Under the pieces are notes generated by a model. It did no database searches and had not been told where the DNA came from. It saw only the letters and a program-made list of their open reading frames with translations. A stretch of 64,000 bases of DNA from Ancylonema sp. (taxonomy: Eukaryota): the NCBI GenBank assembly GCA_050230475.1, contig JBFLGF010000005.1, forward strand, positions 62,001 through 126,000, read 5' to 3'. The position numbers were made by a program, and so were the translations under genes. Positions 53,301 through 64,000 of this stretch are shown one piece after another; within the stretch, counting starts at the first letter, position 1; the number at the start of each line of letters is the position of its first letter.

Positions 53301-56076
53301 GGCACCTCCTCGAAGAACCGCACGTCCATGCGTGATATCACCCCCACCTTATGGGGGTCGAAGACGTTGTAGCCTGCACTCCCCGCAGCCATCCCCAGAA
53401 ACACACCAAAGCAAGTGCGAGGGGCAAACTTGTCCCCTTGCCTGTTCTTTTCCGCCCCAACCTTCAAGTATTGAACCAGACACCCAAAATTATGACTTTT
53501 GTTCATTTTCATGTTCTTTTCCTCCCAGACTTCAATTGGGATTCTGCCAGCGAGCGACTTAGTGGGAGTTCTGTTCCTTAACCAGTTTTGCATGAACAAT
53601 GCAACATCCCAATACGACTTCGGTAGACCTGACCAGATCAATATGCATCGCATTTTTTCTGTCAATGTTCTATTCAGTCTTCACAATTCCGTTTTGTTAG
53701 GACTATATGCTTCTGTGGTTTGCTTGTCAATAACCTTCCCCCCACACTAGTTTATCCAGTCCTGAGACACATACTCACCACCCTTGTCTGTCCGTATAGA
53801 CTGTAGTGGCAACCGTGACTGTACCTCGAGCAACTGTATAGTGACCTTTGCTCGGTTCAGTGCTTCATCCTTTGTTTTTAGCAAACTGACAAATGACAGA
53901 CGTGTGGACACCTCAATCCCTGTCTGAGCATGAGTGAAACCTCCATTAGCAGACCTAACAGACAGAGGTCCAATGAGATCCAGGTGAATGCGACCCATCT
54001 TGGGGCATGTCCCTAGATCCTCGCTGACCTTAGCGTGACTCAGTTGACTCATCTTCCCCTGACAACAAACCTGACATCCCCTGACTTCAGTTAATTATCT
54101 GGACTTAACTGTGGGATGTCACCACGTCTGACAAAATCTGACATCACTCAGAACTGGGGTGACCCAGTTTGTGATGCCAGATCATGCCTCTGGATAAATT
54201 TTCTCTCGTATCATGAGATCCAGGCATGACGATGGTAGCAGCAAGCAAAGTCAGACCACTAGGCTGCTGCAGTACATCAGCCCACTCGCATTCCCCTTGT
54301 TTAATTCTGGACCCGTGGGCAGCTGTAAGAAGCTCAGCCCACCTCTTTTGACGAGGCACGATGTCGACACGAGGGTGCAGGCAAAGGTAGGGACGTGGAT
54401 CGAGCTGAGTGGCTGCACAAAAAAGGTGTCGCCATTCCTCACTCGGATGTGCACGAATCCCGTGCCTGCCACCTTGTGTGACGAGCCGTCAGCAGTGGTG
54501 ATGAAGGCCCTCTGCGTGCTCAGGGTTGGAGTGTACTCCACGAAGTGTTCACGTTCAGTGAATATGTGGTCGGTAGCACCTGAATCCAGGATCAGGGAGT
54601 CTGTGTGAGAACCAGCAGACAATGCTCGAGCAACATCGAATGAGAAAGCACCGAAAGCCAAATAATCCACATTAGCGTCAAAGGGTTTGTCAGCAAAGCG
54701 AGCAAATCTTGCTGTGCGTCAACCCTTCGAGCAGTTTCTGGGTTCATTAAAGCCATGTCAGATGTGCGTTTTCTACATTGTTCAATTGTATGCCCTACAT
54801 TGTTGCAATATCTGCACTTCAGTCTCCCCCTTGAACTTCCCTGAGTCGCGGCGCAACATTTCCAGCTGCTGGCGATGTCGCAGGGCAGTGATCAGCTCGG
54901 TGGTCTGCTTGGTGGCACCTGTGGCATTTCCAGGCTCCGGCATGGCCTCCGCCAATAGCTCGTGAAGGGCAGTTCGCCCTGATGTGGCCGAATTTGTGGC
55001 AGCCGAAGCATTCGACGCCTGCAGCGTCTCTGCGACTAGCTCCAATCCCACCACCAGGTCTGTTGCTGCCTCCAGCTCCGCCACCCCCTCCAGGTCCACC
55101 ATAATGAGCTTGGTGACCTCCCTGGCAGCGCCCCCCTCTTACGACGCTCATTCAGCTCCTTTCTGACGTCGTCGCGCAGCAGCGCACTATGTGGGGAATC
55201 GTGAACAGATGTGGAGACGATTCCGACCACGGCATCAGCGTGGAGACCATTGGGCTGTAATGAGTGTTTAGGGAGTTGAGCAGGTTGATCGCCTGCTTCG
55301 TAGGAGTTACTGGCGCCCCCAGATTCTTTAAATCCTGGTGTAGCTACTGCAGACGCTTAACATATACGTTGAGGTCCTCCGCCTCAGTCTGTATGATCGC
55401 GCTCAGCAACGCCTCGGTGTTCACGATCTCAATCGCACCCTGCACCTGGTAGAATGTCCTCAGGGCGTCCCACATTCCGGCTGTCGTGCAGTCCGTGACG
55501 TGCGTCAGCTCCGAAGGTCCCAAATGTTTGACTATGTAGGACATGGCAGCCAGATTGTCCTCGTCCCATTTCTCGAGCTGCAGCAGCTGCTGGGAAATCT
55601 GCTGCTCCCTGACCAATCTTTCGACATCAACGTCGATCCCCCTAGCGGCAAATTGCAGCTCGTTGTCGAGTGTCAATGGAAGTATTACGTCTGGGCGACA
55701 CCTCCGCGGCATGCTGTCCCAATCCATCACCAAACGATGCAGCTTTTTGTCCGCTAGCCCATATTTGACCTTGAAGGCCCATCTTGTAAATCTGCTCCAG
55801 TGAACTGTGGGATTTGCGACCTATCCGACATTGTGGCAGCAATTGTGTAGGATTTCTCGAAATTTATCACTCAGCTCGAGTTCTCAGTGCAATTCCTGCA
55901 CTGCAGCACTCAGCTCGAATTCTTGCAACGCAATGTCAAAATTACGTGCAGCCCTTAACAACTACGAATATATTTGCGCTCACTGGCAGAATAACCGTTC
56001 TCAGAGATAATTGCGCAGCGAAATCGCGTGGAGCCTTTAGTTTTTAACCAAGACGGCGTCTGAACTAGACCGCACG

Positions 56077-56089
56077 TGGGCCCATAACC
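56077..56089 (-). promoter_or_regulatory. Primer-binding site GGTTATGGGCCCA (half-tRNAiMet type)
   Basis: Directly abuts the 5' LTR end (CTTACA); identical site at 63214-63226. Confidence 0.85.
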
Positions 56090-56539
56090 TGTAAGCTTTT
56101 GAGTGATTAGACGTGCCGGAATAATTAGGTGGGCGACAAAAACCGTACGCAAAAGGATCTCTATCACTGATGATCAACGAGACAGGAGTTGCGTGTGTGG
56201 AACGAATTATTATTGTGTTGCATCGGGATGGTCATACCCGATGCGCTTTAAGATTGTTGTGTGCCGACGGTCGGCACAATTGACCGTCGGCCTATCTTGA
56301 CTGACAACTCGTCTACATGTCAACGGCACATGCCGGACATTTCTGACACGACTAAACAAGCCAATCACGACGCGTCAAACAAATAACGTCTCTAAGCGTC
56401 GGAAACATGTCAGGTGCCCGGGCACAAACTTGCCCGGCCCCGCATATAGGCACATCTAGGAATTTTGCTCCCGGTTAGAGTACCGGTTACAACTGGACTA
56501 GGCAAGCATAACATATGGGCTATCCAAAATAGTCCAACA
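56090..56539 (-). repeat. 5' LTR of Copia copy 1
   Basis: TGTTGG...CTTACA on the minus strand. Confidence 0.92.
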
Positions 56540-57202
56540 AGCAGGAGCGAGGAGTTAGCTCCGTCCGAGACTGTGATAACGAAAAAAGTCACGGTACATC
56601 GGTCCGGGACATTGTGTAGAGCGAGTTTTCGCCGGATGCCCGTTCACTATTACGGAGGGGGGTGCCCGCAGTCGCCGAGGGGGGTGCCCGTAGTCTCTCC
56701 CTTTCAAGAAAGCAAGTTCAAAAAATCATAGCTTCTAGACGTTTTATGATCTTCTTTTTTTAAAAAAAATCATGTAGATGAAACTATGTAGTTGATATTG
56801 GCACTTTTTGTTTTTTTATTTCGATCAATGTGGAGTTTTAAAAACTGAAAACACCGTAACCCTAAAAAAGCTCTATATACCCGCACGCCACGTGTACATT
56901 CCCGCCCGCGTTCCGCTCTCGGGCAGTTCCGCCCGCGGGCGCCGCCGGGCGGAGATTTTGACGGGCGTGTACATCTATGGTATCAACCAAAATGAACGCA
57001 TATCTTATGCCCGAATACCCCTCATTCTACGCTCATGCGCTCATGCGCTCATTATGCGATCTAATACGCTACGTCTTAACATTTTTTTCATACTTTTTTT
57101 CCGACTAATGTGGAGTAAAAAAAATGGAGAGACTTCGGGCTTGTCGGAGGGGGGTGCCCGCCATCGCTTTGGGGGGTGCCCGCAGTCACTCCCCAAAAAA
57201 AA

Positions 57203-58763
57203 GGGAGAGACAGCGGGCAGCCCCCAAAGCGACTCCGGGCAAACCCCCGCCCGACAGCCAGAATTCACTCCCTTTTTTTCTCCACCATGATAGGAAAAAA
57301 TGAAAAAAATTGATGATAATAACAACATGGTCCCCTCTATAGTACGCATTTTTTTTTTAATATCGCAAAACGTCTACAAGCTATGAAATTTTGAACTTGG
57401 TTATTTTTAAGGGAGAGACTCCGGGCAGTCGGAGGGGGGTGCCCGAAGTCGCTTTGGGTGGTGCCCGCAGTCTCTCTCAACAAAAAAGGGAGAGACTCTG
57501 GGCACCCCCAAATTGGGGGCTTTCTAGGGCCCAAAGCGACAACGCACACCCCCCTCCGACAACCCGAAGTCTCTCCCTTTTTTAAACTCCACATTGATCG
57601 GAAAAAAATTGAAAAAAAAAAAACTAATATCAACTATATGGTCCCATCTTCAGTATTTAGAAAAATATTATGAATATCGAAAACCGTTCAGAAACTATGA
57701 TTTTTGGAACTTTCCTATTTTTAAGGGAGAGACTCCGGGCAACCTGAGGGGGGTGTCCGAAGTCGCTTTGGGGGGTGCCCCGAGTCTCTCCCAAAAATAA
57801 AGGGAGAGACTCTCGCACCCCCCAAAGCGACTGCAGGCACCCCCCTATCGTATCGCTAGGGATCAGTAGCTTATAGCGGGTTCTCCCCCGTTGTGGCCGA
57901 TCGGTTACTGGTAGATACGCCCCTACCGTAACTAAGTAGCTTGCATTCTTTAATAGTGGTCTACAAGTCACCCTTATAACGCGGGACTGTAAGTCGGATC
58001 ACGTCCGCTGGCCGTGAGTTCTGATTGGTCTAGCCAGATTTGCTCGTAAACGTTACGACAAGTAGTTGGCGCCGGTTTCGCACGTGCGTGGGTGCCTCAC
58101 CCACTGCACTAGAAGTAGGGACATGAGAGCTTTGTACCCTAAATTTCTCGATAACATCCCGGAATCTCCATCGCTTCCTCGCAAGTGTCTTGCTAGCTAC
58201 GCTTGATAGTGCTACGCTGCGCTGCGGTAGAGGTTGGCATGGTACCCACTAGCCAAACAAATCGCTAGCTCACGGCGTATTTGGGCAACCATGGGCTCCA
58301 TTGCCTTGGATAGTAATAAAACCATATTGCATATTTGTAGTAACGCTACGCATGTGAGTTGTGGTGTGCGTGTATGTGTGTTGTTGTGTGTTGTGATGCA
58401 AGTAGTAAGTTATTTGCATGCTATGTTGTACGGAACGTGGACGGATCTCTATCCGCACGTGTCCGCTTGTGCCCTTAGCTCGTTTGTAGTATGCTTAGCC
58501 TAGCCGCACGAGTGTGACGTCATCGATCTCTATAGGTACGTCACCCCTCCGACTACCCGCATTCTCACCCTCAAATATAACCAAGTTCAAAAAAACATAG
58601 CTTCTAGACGTTTTGCGATATCCAAAATATTTTTTCTGATTATTGTAGAGGGGATCATGTAGTTGATATACTCATTTTTTAAAATTTATTTTCCCCATCA
58701 ATGTGGAGTTCATAAAAAGGAAATACTTTGGATTGTCGAAGGGGGGTGCCCGCACTCTCTCCC
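57203..58763. mobile_element. Tandem Mutator-like MITEs: 57203-57478, 57488-57792, 57802-58763 (last one interrupted)
   Basis: Each is bounded by gggagagac...tctctc(c/t)c ~70-bp TIRs; separated by 9-bp A-rich spacers. Confidence 0.8.
57846..58543. mobile_element. Probable solo LTR inserted in a MITE TIR
   Basis: Termini TATCGTA...TACGTCA (decayed TG..CA); cccc on both sides; the host TIR sequence resumes at 58544. Confidence 0.55.
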
Positions 58764-59825
58764 AAAAAACAAAAACGCCGCAATGCGGAGATATGGTCGA
58801 TTTTGTTCAAAATTGACGAGTCTAGAATCCAGAGTCTGGACGCCACGCCATACGCTACACATCAGACATCATCAATTGTCATCCATGGGACAGACTCCGT
58901 GGCTTCGCGTCGACTAATGCGATAAAATCTAAAAAGAACAAAATGTGGATTGAGATACACAAAGGAATATGACACGGATGAAGATGGCGACCGCATTTAT
59001 AAGTGTTATAAAATCCCGAATACTTGTCGGATTGGTTTTTTACAGCATATACATGATCCACGTGGTCTTGGGACCCTTTTACAAAAACGTGGAAAACCTC
59101 TATGGAGGAAAGGAGGGCGGAATTTTCGGGGCGGGGCGGGTATAGCCTCTCTGAAGGGATAGAGTTTAAAGAAATAACTTCTCTCAAGATAATTTCCGCT
59201 TGTGTCTAAGTGAATAACCCATCTAACGAAATAAAAATAGTTTGTCCCGGTCCCGACATTATTCCTTTAGGCAGGTTGTAGTGAAAATTCTTCCCTCGAT
59301 ATGAAGAGAAAACTTTAATAATAAAACTATGTTGTTATATCGTAAAATCGTCACATACAGAAGAGAAAAAGAGAGAGACGTTACACAACATTTACTGACA
59401 AGTGTGCTGAAAATACAATCATCGAGCAAATCTATTTCAAATGATACGATTATATTCCTCGTATTCGGTATTCCTTTATTCCTATATTCCTTGATCTAGA
59501 TTAAACTGTCTACAATGTAGAGAGTACTAATTTAGACAGGCTAATTTAGACTCTACATAGTCATCTTCTATAACTCATACAAAAATCTTCCCCCCCACGT
59601 CGGGCTCGCGTAGTGCGGATCTAACTAGGTACTACATGGACCATGAGCAATCGCCCGAAGTATTTGCACCAGTAAACAGTACATCTATCCCACTACTGAC
59701 CACTGGGAACTAATGGAGAGTCTTGCATTGAAAATACCACACGTATGATCATTGCGCTCTATGTAAATCCACGTGTCTCTTCATGATAAACCAGTGCTCA
59801 TGTGCTGTTGGAATAGGTCCTAATG

Positions 59826-62800
59826 CATCCCCAGAAATACACCAAAACAAGTGCGAGGGGCAAACTTGTCCCCTTGCCTGTTCTTTTTTGCCCCAACCTT
59901 TAAGTATTGCACTAGACACCCAAAGTTATGACTTTTGTTCATTTTCATGTTCTTTCCCTCCCAGACTTCAATTGGGATTCTGCCAGCGAGCGACTTAGTT
60001 GGAGTTTTGTTCCTTAACCAGTTTGCATGCAACAGTGCAACATCCCAATATGACTTTTGTAAACCTGACCAAATCAATATGCATCATGGGTTATTCATTA
60101 TTGATGGGTTATTCCCTCCATCTCCACCTCCTGCATTGTTGATCCCCGACTGGCGGTCGGACAGCTCAATCGCAATGATGGGGACCTCAGCAGCTTGTGG
60201 CTGGAAGTTGTCGTGCGGATGGTTGTTGGCAGTTGCTGGCTCAAGGACTGCTCGTTTTGCTGGTGCTGGCATTGGCTGCAAAACTGCTGGCATGATGGGG
60301 TGAAGTGCTGCTGCTGGCACAACTGCTGCTGGGGGTTCATCTTCGGTGTCGGGGAACAGATAGAAGAAGTGCTTTTCTGCTGCAGCCTCAACCTTGGGAG
60401 CTCTCCCCCCCATGAGTTTCGGGTACCCCGGCACCTCCTCGAAGAACCGCACGTCCATGCGTGCTATCACCCCCACCCTATGAGGGTCGAATACGTTGTA
60501 GCTTGCACTCCCCGCAGCCATCCCCAGAAATACACCAAAACAAGTGCGAGGGGCAAACTTGTCCCCTTGCCTGTTCTTTTTCTGCCCCAACCTACAAGTA
60601 TTGCACCAGACACCCAAAAATTATGACTTTTGTTCATTTTCATGTTCTTTCCCTCCCAGACTTTCAATTTTGGGATTCTGCCAGCGAGCGACTTAGTTGG
60701 AGTTCTGTTCCTTAACGAGTTTGCATGCAACAGTGCAACATCCCAATACGACTTTTTGTAAACCTGACCAAATCAATATGCATCGCATCTTTTCTGTCAA
60801 GGTTCTGTTCAGTCTCTCACAGATGCCATTTTGTTCAGGACTATATGCTTCTGTGGTTTGTTTGTCAATTCCCTTCCCCCCACAGTAGTTTATCCACTCC
60901 TAAGACACATACTCCCCACCCTTGTCTGTCCTTATAGACTGTAGTGACAACCCTAACTGTACCTCGAGCAACTGTATAGTGACCTTTGCTCGGTTTAGTG
61001 CTTTATCCTTTGTTTTCAATAAACTGACAAATGACAGACGTGTGGACACCTCAATCCCAGTCTGTGCATATGTGAAACCTCCATTAGCAGACCTAACAGA
61101 AAGAGGTCCAATCAGATCCAGGTGAATGCGATCCATCTTGGGGCATGTCCCCAGATCCTCGCTGGCCTTGGCGTGACTCAACTGACTCATTTTACCCTGA
61201 CAGCAAACCTGACAACCCTTGACTTTAGTTAATTCTGCTGGACTTAACTGTGATGTCACCACGTCTGACAAAATCTGACATAACATTAGCACCGGGGTGA
61301 CCCAGTTTGTGATGCCAGATCATGCCTGTGGATAAGTTTGCTGTGGTATCGTGAGATCCAGGCATGATGATGGTAGCAGTTAGCAAAGTGAGACCACTAG
61401 GCTGTTCCACTACATCAGCCCATTTCGCATTTCCCTTTTTCAATTCAGGGACCCGTGGGCAGCTGTAAGAAGCTCAGCCCACCTCTTTTGACGAGGCATG
61501 AAGTCGACACGAGGGTGTAGGCAAAGGTAGGGACGTGGATCGAGTTGAGAGGCTGCACGAAGAACGTGTCGCCATTTCTGACTCGGATGTGCACGAAACC
61601 CGTGCCTGCTACCTTGTGTGACGAGCCGTCAGCAGTGGTGATGAAGGCCCTTTGCGTGCTCAGGGTCGGGGTGTACTCCACGGAAATGTTCAGTTCAGTG
61701 AAAATGTGGTCTGTAGCACCTCAGTCCAGGATCAGAGAGTCTGTGTGAGAACCAGCAAACAAGCTCGAGCAACATCAAATGAGAATGCACCAAAGCCAGA
61801 AATCCACATTAGCATCAAAATGTTTGTCAGAAAGCGAGCAAGTCGTGCCTGTGCGTCAGCCCTTCGAGTAGCTTCGGGTTCATCAAAGCCATGTCAGATG
61901 CGCGTTTTTTACATTTTTCCAATGTATGCCCTAGGTTGTTGCAATATCTGCACTTCAGTTTCCCCCTTGAACTTCCCTGAGTCGCGTGCACAACATGTGC
62001 AGCTGCTGGCGATGGCGTAGGGCACTAAGCAGCTCTGTGGCCTGCTTGGTGGCACGTGTGGCATTTCTAGGCTCCGGCATGGCCTCCGCCAATGGCTGGT
62101 GAAGGATAGTTCGCCCTGATGTGGCCGAATTGATGGCAGCAGAAGCACTCGACGCCTCCAGCGTCTCTGCGACCAGCTCCACCCCCCCCCCCACCACCAG
62201 GTCTGCTGCTGCCTCCAGCTCCGCTTGACCCCCTCCAAGTCCACCATAATGAGCTCGGTGACCTCCTGGCAGCGCCCCCCTCTTTCGCTCATTCAGCTCC
62301 TTTCTGACGTCGTCGCGCAGCAGCGCACTCACGATGTGGGGAATCGTAAACAGGAGTGGTGACGACTCTTACCACGGCGTCAGCGTCGAGACCATTGGGC
62401 TGTAATGAGTGTTGAGGGAGTTTAGCAGGTTGATCGCCTGCTTCGGTGTTACTGGCGCACCCAGATTCTTCAAATCCTGGTGTAGCTGCTGCAACCGCTT
62501 CACATATACGTTGAGGTCCTCTGCCCGTCTGTATAATTGCGCTCAGCAACGCCTCGGTGTTAGCGATTTCGATCGCTCCCTGCACCATGTAGACTGTCTT
62601 CAGGGCTTCCCACATTTCGGCAGCTGTCGTGCAGTCCGTGACGTGCGTCAGCTCCGAAGGACCCAAGTGTTTAACAATGTAGGACATAGCAGCCAGATTG
62701 TCCTCGTCCCATTTCTCGAGCTGCAGCAGCTGCTGGGAAATCTGCTGCTCCCTAACCATTCTCTCGACATCCACGTCGATCCGTCTAGCGGCAAGTTGCA

Positions 62801-63681
62801 GCTCATTGTCTGGTGACAATGGCAATATGACATCTGGACGACACCTCCGCAGCAGGTTGTCCCAACCCATCACTACACGATGCAGCTTCTTGTCCGCTAA
62901 CCCATACTTGACCTTAAAGGCCCATCCTGTGTAATCTGCTCCAGTAAACTGTGGGATTTGCGATCTATCCGACATTGTGGCAGCAATTGTTTAGGATTTC
63001 TTCGAGTTTCTCACTCAGTTCGAGCTCTCAGTGCAATTCCTGCAATGCAGCACGCAGCTCGAATTCTTGCAGCGCAATGTCGAAATTACGTGCAGCACTT
63101 AACAACTACGGATAAATTTGCGCTCACTGGCAGAATTTACCGTTTTCAGAGATTAATTGCAGCGAATCGCGTGAGCCTGTAGTTTTTAACCAACGTCTGA
63201 ACTAGACCGCACGTGGGCCCATAACCTTTAAGATTTTAGTGATTAGACGTGCAGGATGATTTGGTGGGCGACAAAACGAACCGTACGCAAAAGGATCTCC
63301 ATCACGATGATCAACGAGACAGGAGATACGTGTGTGGAACGAATTAATTAGTGTGATCGCATCGGGGATGGTAATACCCGATGCGCTTTACATGTCGTTG
63401 CGTGCCGACGGTCGGTACAATTGACCGTCGGCCTATCCCTGAGTGACAACAACTCATCTACGTGTCAACGGCACATGCCGGACACTCCTGACATGACTAA
63501 ACAAACCAATCACGACACGTCAAGCATTAACGTCTCTAAGTGTCGGCAACATGTCAGGTGCCCGGACACAAACGTGCCCGGCTCCGCATATAAGCACATC
63601 TAGGAATATTGCTCCCGGTTAGAGTACCGGTTACAACTGGACTAGCAAGCATAATATATGGCTATCCAAAATATTCCAACA
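59826..63681 (-). mobile_element. 3'-truncated second copy of the same Copia family (5' LTR 63227-63681, gag-PR-IN; RT/RH and 3' LTR absent)
   Basis: Colinear with ~52940-56539; same PBS; gag starts MSDRSQIPQFTGADY. Confidence 0.92.
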
Positions 63682-64000
63682 CCTAACCCATTGTGATTGG
63701 CGACTCACCCTCAATGATAAAATCTATCAATTTATACCATACCTCCGAGATAATTTTCGACCGCTTGATAACGATGTATAAAATCAACCAACACTTGGTG
63801 AGAGGCTCACAACCCTAAGCTGACATTTCACACCCTGAGTCTATATATGACCATTCGAAAATCCTTCCAACAATCATTGTGAATTTCCTTTCGAACGAGT
63901 CATTCCTAAACATCTTATATTTTCAACATTGATATGAACTCTACGAATGTCAAGCCACGAAATTATTGTAGTACTCCACTCAGCTCCCGGCTCCAAATAA

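Larger units (their letters stand above)
49943..56539 (-). mobile_element. Full-length but frameshifted Ty1/Copia LTR retrotransposon
   Basis: Two ~450-bp LTRs. Domain order gag (two CCHC knuckles), PR LILDSGATDH, WHHKLGH, IN (HLDLIGP, RTDKGGEY), RT (MDVITAFLHG, HVDD), RH (YCDASW). TSD gcagg (one extra a on the right). Confidence 0.95.
47743..56701. mobile_element. Mutator-like (MULE/foldback) element with ~700-bp TIRs, interrupted by Copia
   Basis: Ends gggagagact / agtctctccc. Perfect 9-bp TSD tttcaagaa. Left arm ~47743-48470 mirrors ~49295-49942 plus 56541-56701. Confidence 0.85.
46852..56979. mobile_element. hAT-like non-autonomous element hosting the MULE and Copia insertions
   Basis: TIRs cgtagatgtacccgccc / gggcgtgtacatctatg; 8-bp flanks gtattaac / gtatcaac (7/8); cccgc subterminal repeats. 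Confidence 0.75.
42719..57075. mobile_element. hAT-like element with atgagcgc subterminal repeats; right terminus lost
   Basis: Starts tagggatcggcg. (atgagcgc/gcgctcat)n arrays at 42730-43020 and again at 57030-57065. Confidence 0.5.
42611..57193. mobile_element. Mutator-like MITE split by ~14.4 kb of nested insertions
   Basis: Left part 42611-42718, right part ~57080-57193. Ends gggagagactgcggg / cccgcagtcactccc. Perfect 9-bp TSD caaaaaaaa (42602-42610, 57194-57202). Confidence 0.75.

Noticed and set aside
59806..59815. tgttggaata, an inverted match to the Copia LTR end, at the truncation point
   Set aside because: Only 10 bp and no TSD with the right flank (tgtgc vs cctaa); may be chance

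Overview
This is eukaryotic genomic DNA. The short spliceosomal introns and plant-type proteins point to a streptophyte, most likely a green alga or bryophyte-grade plant (inference). About 6-42 kb is gene-rich: LIP2/lipB octanoyltransferase, METTL22-like methyltransferase, a class I glutamine amidotransferase-like gene, a DUF900 alpha/beta hydrolase, a CSU4/UPF0235-like gene, TMEM214, a His-rich membrane protein, an intronless orphan ORF with a likely C-terminal ubiquitin-like domain, and a SOUL heme-binding protein. Both ends of the window are nests of transposable elements (hAT, pogo/mariner MITEs, Mutator-like, an RLE-type LINE, Copia, solo LTRs). Three observations stand out. (1) The GATase-like gene is intact, but its Cys-His-Glu triad is converted to Ser-His-Asp (GISFGHQ ... 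CGHPDY). (2) A ~6.5-kb inversion (29440-36004) lies between two opposed ~1.65-kb hAT copies, shown by swapped 8-bp target-site duplications (TSDs) and a split host element. (3) A five-level Russian-doll TE nest with readable TSDs (42.6-57.2 kb) is followed by MULE-MITEs abutting with exact 9-bp spacers. All calls were made by eye; no database search was run.
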